Shown in pieces: positions 1-8,410 of a stretch of 64,000 nucleotides of DNA; position 1 is the first letter of the stretch; every line of letters starts with the position of its first letter. A model generated the notes under the pieces. That model had not been told where the DNA came from and did not search any database. It saw only the letters and a list, made by a program, of their open reading frames with translations. Source of the DNA: Thermoanaerobaculia bacterium. GTDB lineage: Bacteria > Acidobacteriota > Thermoanaerobaculia > Multivoradales > Multivoraceae. Location of the stretch: the NCBI GenBank assembly GCA_942492505.1, contig CALOFD010000029.1, positions 3,967-67,966 of the forward strand. The letters run 5' to 3'. Made by a program: the position numbers and the translations under genes.

Positions 1-586
1 TCCCCCTCATGACCCTGGCGGTCTCGTGGTCGGGGTCGAGGGTCAGGGCCTCGTCGAGCATTTCGAGGGCCTCGGCGCGGTCGGCGTCGTCGCGGCCGGG
101 CTTGAAGGCCGGGGGCTTGGCGAGCGTCACCCAGGCGGACGCGTTCGAGGGGTCGAGCTCGATCGCCCGGCGCGCGGCCTGATTCATCGACCTGCGGTAC
201 TTCTGGCCGCGAAACTTGGACCGGATCAGCGTAGCGATGAGGTCGGCTCTCACCCGCAGGACCCGGCTGGACTCCTCGAGGGAGTCGATCCGGTCCAGGC
301 CGCGCTGAGCCGCCGAGTCGATCCGGTCACCGAGTTCCCTGCGAGCCTCACGCTCATCCTCTGGAGTCATCTCGAACTCGATTCGGAGAAGTTCGGCGAC
401 CAGCAGATCGGCCTCGGCCGCCTCGAGGATGAACTCGTTCGTGGGGGTCTCGTCGTGGACCGCAGCCAGGGAGTCGGCGATCTCGATGGCGGCTTCGAGG
501 TCGTAGGTCTCGCGGGCTTCGGCGAGATCCGACGAAACGGGACTCTGGGTGAGCAGGAAGGCCAGGATGGTTGTGACGATCGTCAA
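1..586 (-). CDS. TPR-like helical protein with N-terminal signal/anchor, 3' end outside window
   Basis: Not in the ORF track. Hand translation from TTG at 586: MTIVTTILAFLLTQSPVSS...ARRAIELDPSNASAWVTLA...EALTLDPDHETARV (TPR-like ALxLDP motifs). The start overlaps the MMPL stop (TTGA). Confidence 0.75.
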   Translation of the reverse strand, partial: MTIVTTILAFLLTQSPVSSDLAEARETYDLEAAIEIADSLAAVHDETPTNEFILEAAEADLLVAELLRIEFEMTPEDEREARRELGDRIDSAAQRGLDRIDSLEESSRVLRVRADLIATLIRSKFRGQKYRRSMNQAARRAIELDPSNASAWVTLAKPPAFKPGRDDADRAEALEMLDEALTLDPDHETARVMRG

Positions 587-2775
587 GGCTGGGTCGTCTC
601 CTCGGTGGGGCGGATCTGTTCTCGCAGGCGGATGAGACTGGGCAGGAAGGCCAGGTCTCCGAACAGTGCGACGATCATGGCAGCAGCGGTCAGGAGTCCG
701 AAGTAGCGGATCGGAAGGAACTCCGCAGGTGTGAGGGAGAGAAATCCTACCGCGGCCGCCGCGGTCGTGACGCTGAGGGCGGTGCCGACGTCGCTCACCG
801 CGCTCACGATGGCTTCTCGGCAGGGATGGTCGCCCATCCTCCGACGAACGGAGGTGACCACGTGGACCGTGTCGTCTACCGCGATCCCGAGAGCGACACC
901 GGCGACCATCAGCGTTCCGGGATCGAGGGGCAGACCGAAGGCCGCCATCATCAGGAGGACCGCGGCGACCGGAACCAGGTTCGGAATCATCGCCAGGGCC
1001 GCCCATCGCAGGGATCGTAGACCGGCCCAGATGAAGACGAAGATGGTGATCGCAGCCAGGGCCATGGATTGGATCTGGGACCCCAGCAATCGCCGCTGGG
1101 CGCCCACCAGCAGGGAGACGATCCCGGTGACCTCGGCCTGGGTTTCGAACTCGTCGATGACGGCTTCGCGGGCCAGGGCCTCGATCTCGCTGAAGGTTTC
1201 CGACTCCATGGCGGTCACCAGCACGGACAAGCGCACCGATCGCCCGTCGGCGGCGACGAGCGTACCGATCTCCGAAGCCAGCACCGGGTCGGCTTCCTCC
1301 AACAGGCGAACGCTGTCGGCGGCCGAGGCAGGCAGTCGGTACTCGTCGGCCTCGAGATCGGCGTTCCACTGGCTCAGCTTCTTCAGTAGATCGGTTGGCG
1401 TACGGACCTTGGCGACCCGGGGGTGGGCGCCGAGTCGGTCGGCGACCGCCTCGATCCTCGACCAGGTCTCGGGACGATTCCAGCCATCGGGAGTTTCCAA
1501 CCGCAGCTCGATCGCCGACATGCCACTCAGATTGTCGGCGACGAACCGATAGTCCTCGAGGATTCCGGCGCTCTTCGGAAAGAAGGTCAGGGGATTCGAA
1601 CTCGGCTTGAGAACCGCCAGGCACAGCAGCCCCCCGAGAGTGATCACGATGAAGGGCAGGGTGATCCGGAGCGGATGGTCGAACGAGTACGCGGCGAGTT
1701 CGGACAACCGCTCGGCACGCCGTTCTCGAGAGGTGGTCCTGGGGCGCAGCACGTCGATCAGGGCAGGACCGAGCACGAAACTCACGAAGAAGGAGATCAG
1801 GATGCCGACTCCAGCGAGCGTTCCGAGCCCTCTCACCGGCTCGAGTGGGGCGGCGTTCAGGGAGAAGAAGCCGGCGGCGGTGGTGGCGCTCGACAATCCG
1901 CAGGGGAAGCGAGCCCCCGACACCGCCCGACGCAGTGCTTCGGCATGCTCATGGTCGTGGAGTTGACGCCGATAGCGCACCAGGACGTGCAGAATGGCTG
2001 CGAGCGAGAGAACCCACAGGAGTGCGGGTAGAGCGCTCGTGAACATGTCGAGCGGACGGCCGATCGCGGCCGGAATCGAGAGCGTCAGGATGATGGTGGC
2101 GAGGCTGCACACGAGGGCGATCAGGGTCCCGCGGATCGATCGCAGGAGAACGGCGAGAAAGAAGACCGAGGCCAGAGCGGCGATCGGCAACGATCGACTC
2201 GCCTCGGTCAGCGAGGTGGCGTCGAGCTGGGCTGTCATGGTCGGCGGCCCGACGCAGTGAGTCTCGAAGCCGAGTTCCTCGAGCGGCGCCAGCGCGGCCT
2301 GGACTTCGTCGACCAGTTGCCGTCGTCGCCGGGAGTCCGACGGTGGATCGACGGCGATGTAGAGTCCCGCGGTCTCGAGGTCTTCCGAGACGACGAGTCC
2401 GCGATAGAAGTCGGTGCTCGAGAGTTCGTCGAGAAGCGCTTCCGGATCCTCACCGCCGAAGACGTCTCGATAGAGGGTTGCAGGTCCGAAGACGCGCACC
2501 ACGCCTTCGACCGCCTCGAGACGGTCGAGGACGTCGAGGCTGGCATCGAGGGCTTCGATGCCGAAGACGTCTTGACCCTTGTAGGCCGCGAGGATGAACT
2601 CGTCGCTGCCGAAGGTCTCCAGAAAGCGCTCGTAGGTGAGTCTCGATGGAGCCTCGGGGCTGGTCCAGGAGACCAGATCGTTGTCGGTCTCGATCGACAA
2701 CAGCTGCCAGCCCGCCGCGAAGACCAGTGCGAGCATCGCGAGGGTGACGAGGAGGGATCGTTGTCGAGATTCCAT
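583..2775 (-). CDS. MMPL family (RND superfamily) transporter
   Basis: 730 aa, two repeats of TM1 + periplasmic loop + 5 TM; GIAVDDTVH and FLPxxxFG motifs; N-terminal FLETFGSDE typical of the family. Confidence 0.9.
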   Translation of the reverse strand: MESRQRSLLVTLAMLALVFAAGWQLLSIETDNDLVSWTSPEAPSRLTYERFLETFGSDEFILAAYKGQDVFGIEALDASLDVLDRLEAVEGVVRVFGPATLYRDVFGGEDPEALLDELSSTDFYRGLVVSEDLETAGLYIAVDPPSDSRRRRQLVDEVQAALAPLEELGFETHCVGPPTMTAQLDATSLTEASRSLPIAALASVFFLAVLLRSIRGTLIALVCSLATIILTLSIPAAIGRPLDMFTSALPALLWVLSLAAILHVLVRYRRQLHDHEHAEALRRAVSGARFPCGLSSATTAAGFFSLNAAPLEPVRGLGTLAGVGILISFFVSFVLGPALIDVLRPRTTSRERRAERLSELAAYSFDHPLRITLPFIVITLGGLLCLAVLKPSSNPLTFFPKSAGILEDYRFVADNLSGMSAIELRLETPDGWNRPETWSRIEAVADRLGAHPRVAKVRTPTDLLKKLSQWNADLEADEYRLPASAADSVRLLEEADPVLASEIGTLVAADGRSVRLSVLVTAMESETFSEIEALAREAVIDEFETQAEVTGIVSLLVGAQRRLLGSQIQSMALAAITIFVFIWAGLRSLRWAALAMIPNLVPVAAVLLMMAAFGLPLDPGTLMVAGVALGIAVDDTVHVVTSVRRRMGDHPCREAIVSAVSDVGTALSVTTAAAAVGFLSLTPAEFLPIRYFGLLTAAAMIVALFGDLAFLPSLIRLREQIRPTEETTQP

Positions 2776-2786
2776 CAGGGGAGTCC

Positions 2787-2844
2787 GAGTCGTGGCGACC
2801 CTTTCAGGGTCGTGGCGACCCTTTCTCAGGGTCGTGGCGACCCT
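2787..2844. repeat. Three tandem 17-bp palindromic units AGGGTCG-TGG-CGACCCT
   Basis: Copies at ~2787-2802 (left arm degenerate), 2806-2822 and 2828-2844, each a 7-bp inverted repeat with a 3-nt loop, separated by only a few nt. Confidence 0.9.
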
Positions 2845-2913
2845 GTTCCGGTCAACGGGTGGGCCGGTGGATGCATTCCTGGGTGGCTGGTTTCGTGGTC
2901 CTCTGCGAACGTT

Positions 2914-3891
2914 TCAGTCCCAGTCGAGGAAGATGGGGTTCTCGCCCGTGATCGACAGCGAGTCGTTGATGCGCCAGGTCTTCAACCATCGCCCCTCGCC
3001 GATCGCCGCGCCGCTTCGAATCTTGTCGAGCGTCGTCTGGAGATCCTCGAGGTCGCGGTAGTCGAGCGCCGGTGCGCCCGGCGGGCTGACTCGATGGGCG
3101 CTGTAGATCGTGGTGCCGGGAGGCACTCTCGCCAGCAGCTCGTGGGAGGTGGTCAGGTAGTCGGCCAGGCTGCCGCCGGGGAGGAAGGCGAAGAGCTCTC
3201 CCTCGTAGAGGTAGTCACCTGAGAACAGCAGTCCGTGATCCCGATCGAGAAGAGAGATCGATTCGGGCGTGTGTCCGGGAGTGAGGAGCACCTCCAGTCG
3301 ACGCCCTCCGAGGTCGATCTCCGAGTTCGGCTGCAGCCACTCGGTGATCTGGAGCGCCGGCGGGAGGAGACCCTCCATGAAGCCGAGGTACTCGTCGGCG
3401 GTGGGCGTCAGGGTGTTGTCGACCGCTCGACGTCGCAGGTGCTGCAGGTCGATGAGGCCGACGTTCTCGAAGCGGCTGTGGTTGCCGATGTGGTCGTAGT
3501 GCAGATGGGAGGGGATCGCGGTGACCGGCAGCGGAGTGAGCGACCCCACGACCGGGCGAATGTCGCGCCATCCCGGTCCCGAGTCGAAGAGGATGGCTCG
3601 TCGGGTTCCCGCGATCAGGTAGTTGTAGTTCTGCTGCGGGTAGCGCGGTTCGCCGATCGCCCATACGCCGGGCGCCAGCTCCTCCACCGTGAAGTAGTCG
3701 TCGAAGAGGCGAACGTTGTGCTCCTCGGGCGCCGCCTCCTGGAGCTGCGGTTCTGCCGAGAACGCTGAGTAGGCCCTCATCATGAGGGGTCGACGGTAGA
3801 AGTAGCCCGCGCCGAGAAGGGCGATCACGACGACGACAGAGAGGATCGACAGTGTCCGCTTCACGCGGGAGACGAAGCTCCTGTCCTTCAT
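2914..3891 (-). CDS. MBL-fold metallo-hydrolase with N-terminal membrane anchor
   Basis: SHLHYDHIG (HxHxDH), TPGHT, FSGD and SAH metal-ligand motifs; hydrophobic N-terminus. Confidence 0.9.
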   Translation of the reverse strand: MKDRSFVSRVKRTLSILSVVVVIALLGAGYFYRRPLMMRAYSAFSAEPQLQEAAPEEHNVRLFDDYFTVEELAPGVWAIGEPRYPQQNYNYLIAGTRRAILFDSGPGWRDIRPVVGSLTPLPVTAIPSHLHYDHIGNHSRFENVGLIDLQHLRRRAVDNTLTPTADEYLGFMEGLLPPALQITEWLQPNSEIDLGGRRLEVLLTPGHTPESISLLDRDHGLLFSGDYLYEGELFAFLPGGSLADYLTTSHELLARVPPGTTIYSAHRVSPPGAPALDYRDLEDLQTTLDKIRSGAAIGEGRWLKTWRINDSLSITGENPIFLDWD

Positions 3892-3896
3892 CGAAC

Positions 3897-4370
3897 TCAG
3901 CGCACCACGCCGCGTTCCTGGAGGGCAGAGCGCAGGGCCTCTACGCGCTTTCGATTCACTCCCAGATCCGACTTGCCGAGGCGCGAGGCGGAACGCACCG
4001 CGATGATGCCGTCTTCGGCATCGAGCGCGAGTTCCAGATCGTCGACGTAGCGCATCAGTCGGCTGGTCTGTTCGGCGTGCAGGTAGGCGCCGTCGTCGGT
4101 GATGATCTCCATCCGGGGCATCTCCGCGAGGGCTGCCCGAACCGCCTGCCAGGCTTCCTGCGGAGAAGCGTTCAGCACCAGGGCGTCGATCGAGTGCTCC
4201 TCATCGGAAGCCGTGTTCGAAACGCAGTTCGGGGTTTCGGGGCACGGCCGGAGTTCGGCGCCTCCGGGCAGCAGTCCCAGATCGGCGGGGCGTTCTCCTG
4301 AACAGCCGACTGCCAGCAACGCGATCGCGCCGGCGAGAAGAGGGAGGGTGTTTCGGTGTCGTCGTGCCAT
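3897..4370 (-). CDS. DUF1499 family lipoprotein
   Basis: True start ATG 4370 (MARRHRNTLPLLAGAIALLAVGC lipobox); PCPETPNCVS, YVDDLE and RSASRLGKSDLGVNRKR motifs. The upstream part of ORF 3897..5210 is shadow. Confidence 0.85.
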   Translation of the reverse strand: MARRHRNTLPLLAGAIALLAVGCSGERPADLGLLPGGAELRPCPETPNCVSNTASDEEHSIDALVLNASPQEAWQAVRAALAEMPRMEIITDDGAYLHAEQTSRLMRYVDDLELALDAEDGIIAVRSASRLGKSDLGVNRKRVEALRSALQERGVVR

Positions 4371-4426
4371 GGTTCGGCTCCGGGTAGGGTGGAAGGGGGC
4401 CTGGGGCGGTCCCAGATTCGCGGGTC

Positions 4427-4843
4427 TCAGTCGATGATCCTGTAGCTCACCTGGACCGTTCGATCCTCGGTGAAGGGGCGCTGGTAGACGGTGACTCCAT
4501 CCGGGTGGAGAGGATAGGCGACCTCGAGTGCAGAGTCGCCCAGCCACGACAGGACGAGATCGACAGAGCAGCCCGTGGTCGAAACGGGCTGGAAATCGTC
4601 GACGGCCTTCTCGAGATCGAAGGTCTCGAGGGTCGGGTGAACGTCGACCCGCTGCGAACACCAACCAGGAGCGCCTCCGCTCATGACGGCATAGCGAGTC
4701 GCCGTCCATCGGCCGTCCGGCGATTCCGCCTGGTCGAGCATCTCGGAACTGCTCATCCTGGAGACCGTCATGCATGCGCCTCCGGCGACCGTCATCACTG
4801 CCAGACAGGCGCCGATACCGTAGAGAAAGGACCGCAGTTCCAT
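4427..4843 (-). CDS. Hypothetical membrane-anchored or exported protein
   Basis: 138 aa; N-terminal hydrophobic helix; SPDGRWTA and W-(x)n-L-x-W-L-x-D pattern; codirectional with neighbours. Confidence 0.65.
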   Translation of the reverse strand: MELRSFLYGIGACLAVMTVAGGACMTVSRMSSSEMLDQAESPDGRWTATRYAVMSGGAPGWCSQRVDVHPTLETFDLEKAVDDFQPVSTTGCSVDLVLSWLGDSALEVAYPLHPDGVTVYQRPFTEDRTVQVSYRIID

Positions 4844-4879
4844 CCCTTGAGCATATCGGGATGGCCGCAGGCTCGCTCG

Positions 4880-5758
4880 TCAGAGCAGTCGACCGCGCAC
4901 CGACTCGAAGACCTGACCTCCGACGAGCACCTCGACCCGGTCGCCGACGGCTCGCCCTCGAACCAGGAGTTCCGAGGGGCGCCCCATCTGGACTCCCTGT
5001 TCGATCCGCAACTCGAAGGGCGCTGCGAAGAAGCGGTGATGAGCCAGGTAGTGACCCACGGCGTTCGTGGCGCTGCCGGTGGCCGGGTCCTCGCGCAGCC
5101 CGTTGGCCTCGAAGAACAGCCGCGCCGCGAGATCGCTCGGCGAACCTTCGGCCTGTCGACAGAACAGGTAGACGCAGGGGTCGAGACCCTGTCGTTCGAA
5201 CGGAGTCCATTCGGCAACGTCGAGACGGGCGCGACTCAGGGCATCGGGCGAGGCGAGCGGTACGATCAGGAAGTCGATGCCGGCCCGGACCTTCTGCGGC
5301 GGCCCCTGCGCGGAGATATCGCTGGTGTCGAGAGAGAGGACGCGCGCCGCCTGCTCGACCGAGAAGACGGTCTCGAACTGGGCGGCAGGGCCGAGAAGGT
5401 GGCCTCGGTCGCCCGGCAACGGTCCATCGAAGGTCACCGGAATGGGCCCGACGGGAAGATCGAGGACCACTTCGGTCGGGGTGTCCGAACAGATCTGATG
5501 GCGGATCAACCAGGCGGTTCCGAGGGTTGGATGACCGGCGAAGGGAAGTTCGCGCGCCGGGGTGAAGATGCGCACCGGGTAGCTACCGTCGGCGTTGGCC
5601 GCTCCGGTGATGAAGGTCGTCTCTGAGTAGTTGGTCTCGAGAGCGATGGCCTGCATCTGCTCGGTGTCGAGGTCGCCGGCGTCGCGAACCACGGCCAGCT
5701 GATTGCCGGCGAGCGGCCTGGGTGCGAATACGTCGAGAATATGGAAATCGTGTGGCAT
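4880..5758 (-). CDS. PhzF family isomerase/epimerase
   Basis: DVFA..GNQLAV, NYSETTF, RIFTP..ELPFAGHPTLG and EDPATGS motifs. Confidence 0.92.
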   Translation of the reverse strand: MPHDFHILDVFAPRPLAGNQLAVVRDAGDLDTEQMQAIALETNYSETTFITGAANADGSYPVRIFTPARELPFAGHPTLGTAWLIRHQICSDTPTEVVLDLPVGPIPVTFDGPLPGDRGHLLGPAAQFETVFSVEQAARVLSLDTSDISAQGPPQKVRAGIDFLIVPLASPDALSRARLDVAEWTPFERQGLDPCVYLFCRQAEGSPSDLAARLFFEANGLREDPATGSATNAVGHYLAHHRFFAAPFELRIEQGVQMGRPSELLVRGRAVGDRVEVLVGGQVFESVRGRLL

Positions 5759-5868
5759 CTGGTTCCTCCGTTTCCTTGTCCGCCAGTCTAGATCGGACGC
5801 CTCGGTTGCGAGTCTTCTGCTCGAAGCATTTTGTGCTCGAGCCTGTTGCGCAATAGAGTTCGCGCTAC

Positions 5869-6573
5869 ATGGCCGATCTGATCGAGCGCTCCCGCCGCGA
5901 CCGAGTCCTGAAGTTCCGGCTCGTTGCCGGCGAGATGAACGTGCTCCGTCTGTCGACGGTGCGAGCCCTGAAGGCGTACTTTCGAGAAGCCGAGGCCGAT
6001 CCGACGGTGGATGCCATCGTGTTGCTCGGCGGCGAGAAGGCGTTCAGCTCCGGACTGGACAATGCGGTTCTCTACAGCGGTGGACGCGCGGCCGACGAAC
6101 TCACCCTCGAGATGGGCGACCTTCTGTACGACATGTACCGGTCGAAACTGCGCATCGTCTCCGGGTGCGCCGGCCATGCGGTGGCCGCGGGCGCGATGCT
6201 TCTCCTCGTTTCGGATCTCCGCTACGGCGCCACGGGCGACTACCGGATCGGCTTCAGCGAAGTCGCACAGGGATTGGCCCTGCCCGAACTGCCGGTGCTC
6301 CTGGCGCGCGATCGGCTCGGACGGCGCTACCTCCAGTCTGCGACGGTTCTCGGTCGTCTCTGTCGCCCGTCGACCGCGGTCAGCGTCGGCTTTCTCGATC
6401 GGGTCGTGGACCCGGAGGATCTCGAGGAGACCGCAATGGAAGCCGCGCAGTCCCTGACCGAGCTGGACGCCGACGCCTATGGCGGCTCGATCGAGACAGT
6501 CCGGGGCGCGACGCTTCGGCGAATGTCCGAGTTGCTCGAGGCCCGTCGAACGGAGTTGGCGCTGTCGAGCTGA
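5869..6573 (+). CDS. Crotonase/enoyl-CoA hydratase family protein
   Basis: FSSGLD, GHAVAAGAMLLL.SD.R and IGFSEV..GL motifs. Confidence 0.85.
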   Translation: MADLIERSRRDRVLKFRLVAGEMNVLRLSTVRALKAYFREAEADPTVDAIVLLGGEKAFSSGLDNAVLYSGGRAADELTLEMGDLLYDMYRSKLRIVSGCAGHAVAAGAMLLLVSDLRYGATGDYRIGFSEVAQGLALPELPVLLARDRLGRRYLQSATVLGRLCRPSTAVSVGFLDRVVDPEDLEETAMEAAQSLTELDADAYGGSIETVRGATLRRMSELLEARRTELALSS

Positions 6574-6728
6574 GGCGGTCGTTCGCGTATCGCTCCGCCA
6601 GCGCCCTTTCAGGAATCGAGTCGCCGGCTCGGTCGGTCCGGCCCGGCACGGCGTCGTCGCAGCCGACCAGACCGAAAGGCTACGTTCTCGCCTCGACGAA
6701 CGAGAGTCAAGGCCCGCCGCCGGCCGAC

Positions 6729-7439
6729 CTACTCCTGTCGCAGGACGTCGGCGCCGGGAAGTTCGATCCACCCGGCGGTGTCGTTGCCGCAGAGCTGGGG
6801 TGAGACTCGTCGCAGATTGTCGGCGAACACTCTCGGCTCTGTTACGAGGTCCGAAGCGAGCAGCCCGGTCAGGGCCGCGAGTTCCGCGTCGGGTGGCACC
6901 CTCTTGCCGGTGTTCTCCTCGTACGACGCTGCGATTCGAACCATTCGCGCGTCGTCGTTGGCAGCCGGGAAGCTCCTCTCGGCAGTCAGGGCGACGGCGA
7001 CTTCGACGGTCAGCGTCGCATCCTCCGAACGGGCTCGATCGAGGATCGCGGCCGCCCGATGGCTCACGATCTCGAGCAGGTGATCGCCGGCGTCGGATCT
7101 GATTTCGGCGTCCAGCATCCTCTCGACCTCGTGTACGAAGCGCGCTGCGACCGCGACGATGCATTCGGCGAGCACGCGCTGGAGCGCGGCTTCGGATTCG
7201 GCGTAGGAGCCCGGCGCCATGCTCGCGAAGGGGCGCAGCAGGCGTCGTCGCAACTCCAGGACCGCCGGCAAGCGGGCCTGGACCTTCTCGGCTCCGGTGG
7301 CGACGGCCTCAGCGGCCGCCTGGAGCAGGGCTTCGAGGTCCTCCGATCGGTCGTACTGCCGCCCGTGCCTGCCTCGCCATTCCGTGGCCTGGATGAGGTT
7401 GTCGAGCATGCTGGGTCGCTTGGTTTCGTCGTTCTTCAT
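6729..7439 (-). CDS. Hypothetical alpha-helical protein
   Basis: Probable start ATG 7439 (MKNDETKRP); coding-like composition; no family recognised. Confidence 0.55.
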   Translation of the reverse strand: MKNDETKRPSMLDNLIQATEWRGRHGRQYDRSEDLEALLQAAAEAVATGAEKVQARLPAVLELRRRLLRPFASMAPGSYAESEAALQRVLAECIVAVAARFVHEVERMLDAEIRSDAGDHLLEIVSHRAAAILDRARSEDATLTVEVAVALTAERSFPAANDDARMVRIAASYEENTGKRVPPDAELAALTGLLASDLVTEPRVFADNLRRVSPQLCGNDTAGWIELPGADVLRQE

Positions 7440-7687
7440 GGTGGGGTTCTCGGTCCGGAAGAGACGGTTGGAAGCAATTCGGTACATCCCATCCTCCGAT
7501 CTGAATCGAGTTCGGAGGGTCACCCCTGGCGGGGCTCCCTCAGGAGACGGAGGGGCCATCCTTGGATCCCCCTCGGTGTCTCCGGGCACTACGATCCCAG
7601 TTCGATCCGAAGCCCGGAAGAACTGTTGTCGGTCATTTGTCTAGCCGTTTGGGGCTAGATCGATTCGAGGGTCCGGGGGTCGGTTCG

Positions 7688-8410
7688 TCAGGGAGAGACC
7701 TGTCGAAAACGCCGCTCCGCGGCTCGCAGGGTCGGTTTGATCGCGAGTGTCCATTCCAGATAGCCGCGCTCCGAGAGGCCGCGACCGTCTTCGGAGAAGA
7801 GGTCTCGGCGACTCTCGCCCCGGCTGTCGACTCTCGCGGCCGTGGGGTCGACGAACCAGAGGTCGGGGTGCTTCGCGGTCCACTCGGAGATTCCACGATT
7901 CGCTTCGTGGACCCGATCCGGAGGGGCGGGCGCGACGAACTCGGGAACGATGGAAACGAACACGATCTGGGTCGTGGGAAGGCTTTGCCGGACCCGTTCG
8001 ACGAACGTCTGGAACCGGAGAACGACCTCCTGGGAGGTTGCTCCCGCGCGCAGGTCGGCGTCACCGGCGCTCAAGATGATGGTCGAGGGCTCGAAGGGCA
8101 GGATCAGATCGCCGGCGAAGAAGGTGGTGTCGTCGATCCGAGCGCCGCCGAAGCCCCGATTGACGGCTCGGTAGTCGGAGAACCACTTCTGCACGTCCCA
8201 CTGCCATGCCGTGCGGCTGCCGGCGAGCACCACGATTCCCTTGGGAATCGCCTTCCAGGTCATCTCCTCCAGGTATCCGGGCACCGACGGTCGCGAGCTT
8301 GCGCCGGCCTCGAGCCAGCGTTCGGGAGGCCCGGTCGGTTCCGGCTCCTCCTGGGAATGGAGCGCGGTGGCCAGGAGCAGCAGGCCGATCACGAGGCGAA
8401 GAACTCTCAT
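7688..8410 (-). CDS. Secreted SGNH/GDSL-fold protein, catalytic residues apparently lost
   Basis: Signal peptide from ATG 8410 (MRVLRLVIGLLLLATALHS); SGNH blocks recognisable (LAGSRT, NRGFGG, SAGDADL, FSEDGRGLSERGY). Confidence 0.8.
   Translation of the reverse strand: MRVLRLVIGLLLLATALHSQEEPEPTGPPERWLEAGASSRPSVPGYLEEMTWKAIPKGIVVLAGSRTAWQWDVQKWFSDYRAVNRGFGGARIDDTTFFAGDLILPFEPSTIILSAGDADLRAGATSQEVVLRFQTFVERVRQSLPTTQIVFVSIVPEFVAPAPPDRVHEANRGISEWTAKHPDLWFVDPTAARVDSRGESRRDLFSEDGRGLSERGYLEWTLAIKPTLRAAERRFRQVSP

Noticed and set aside
26-706. Plus-strand 226-aa ORF
   Set aside because: It is the antisense shadow of the minus-strand TPR gene, which has normal codon structure and motifs.
2787-2844. 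CRISPR array
   Set aside because: The repeats are only 17 bp, separated by a few nt with no unique spacers, and no cas genes are present.
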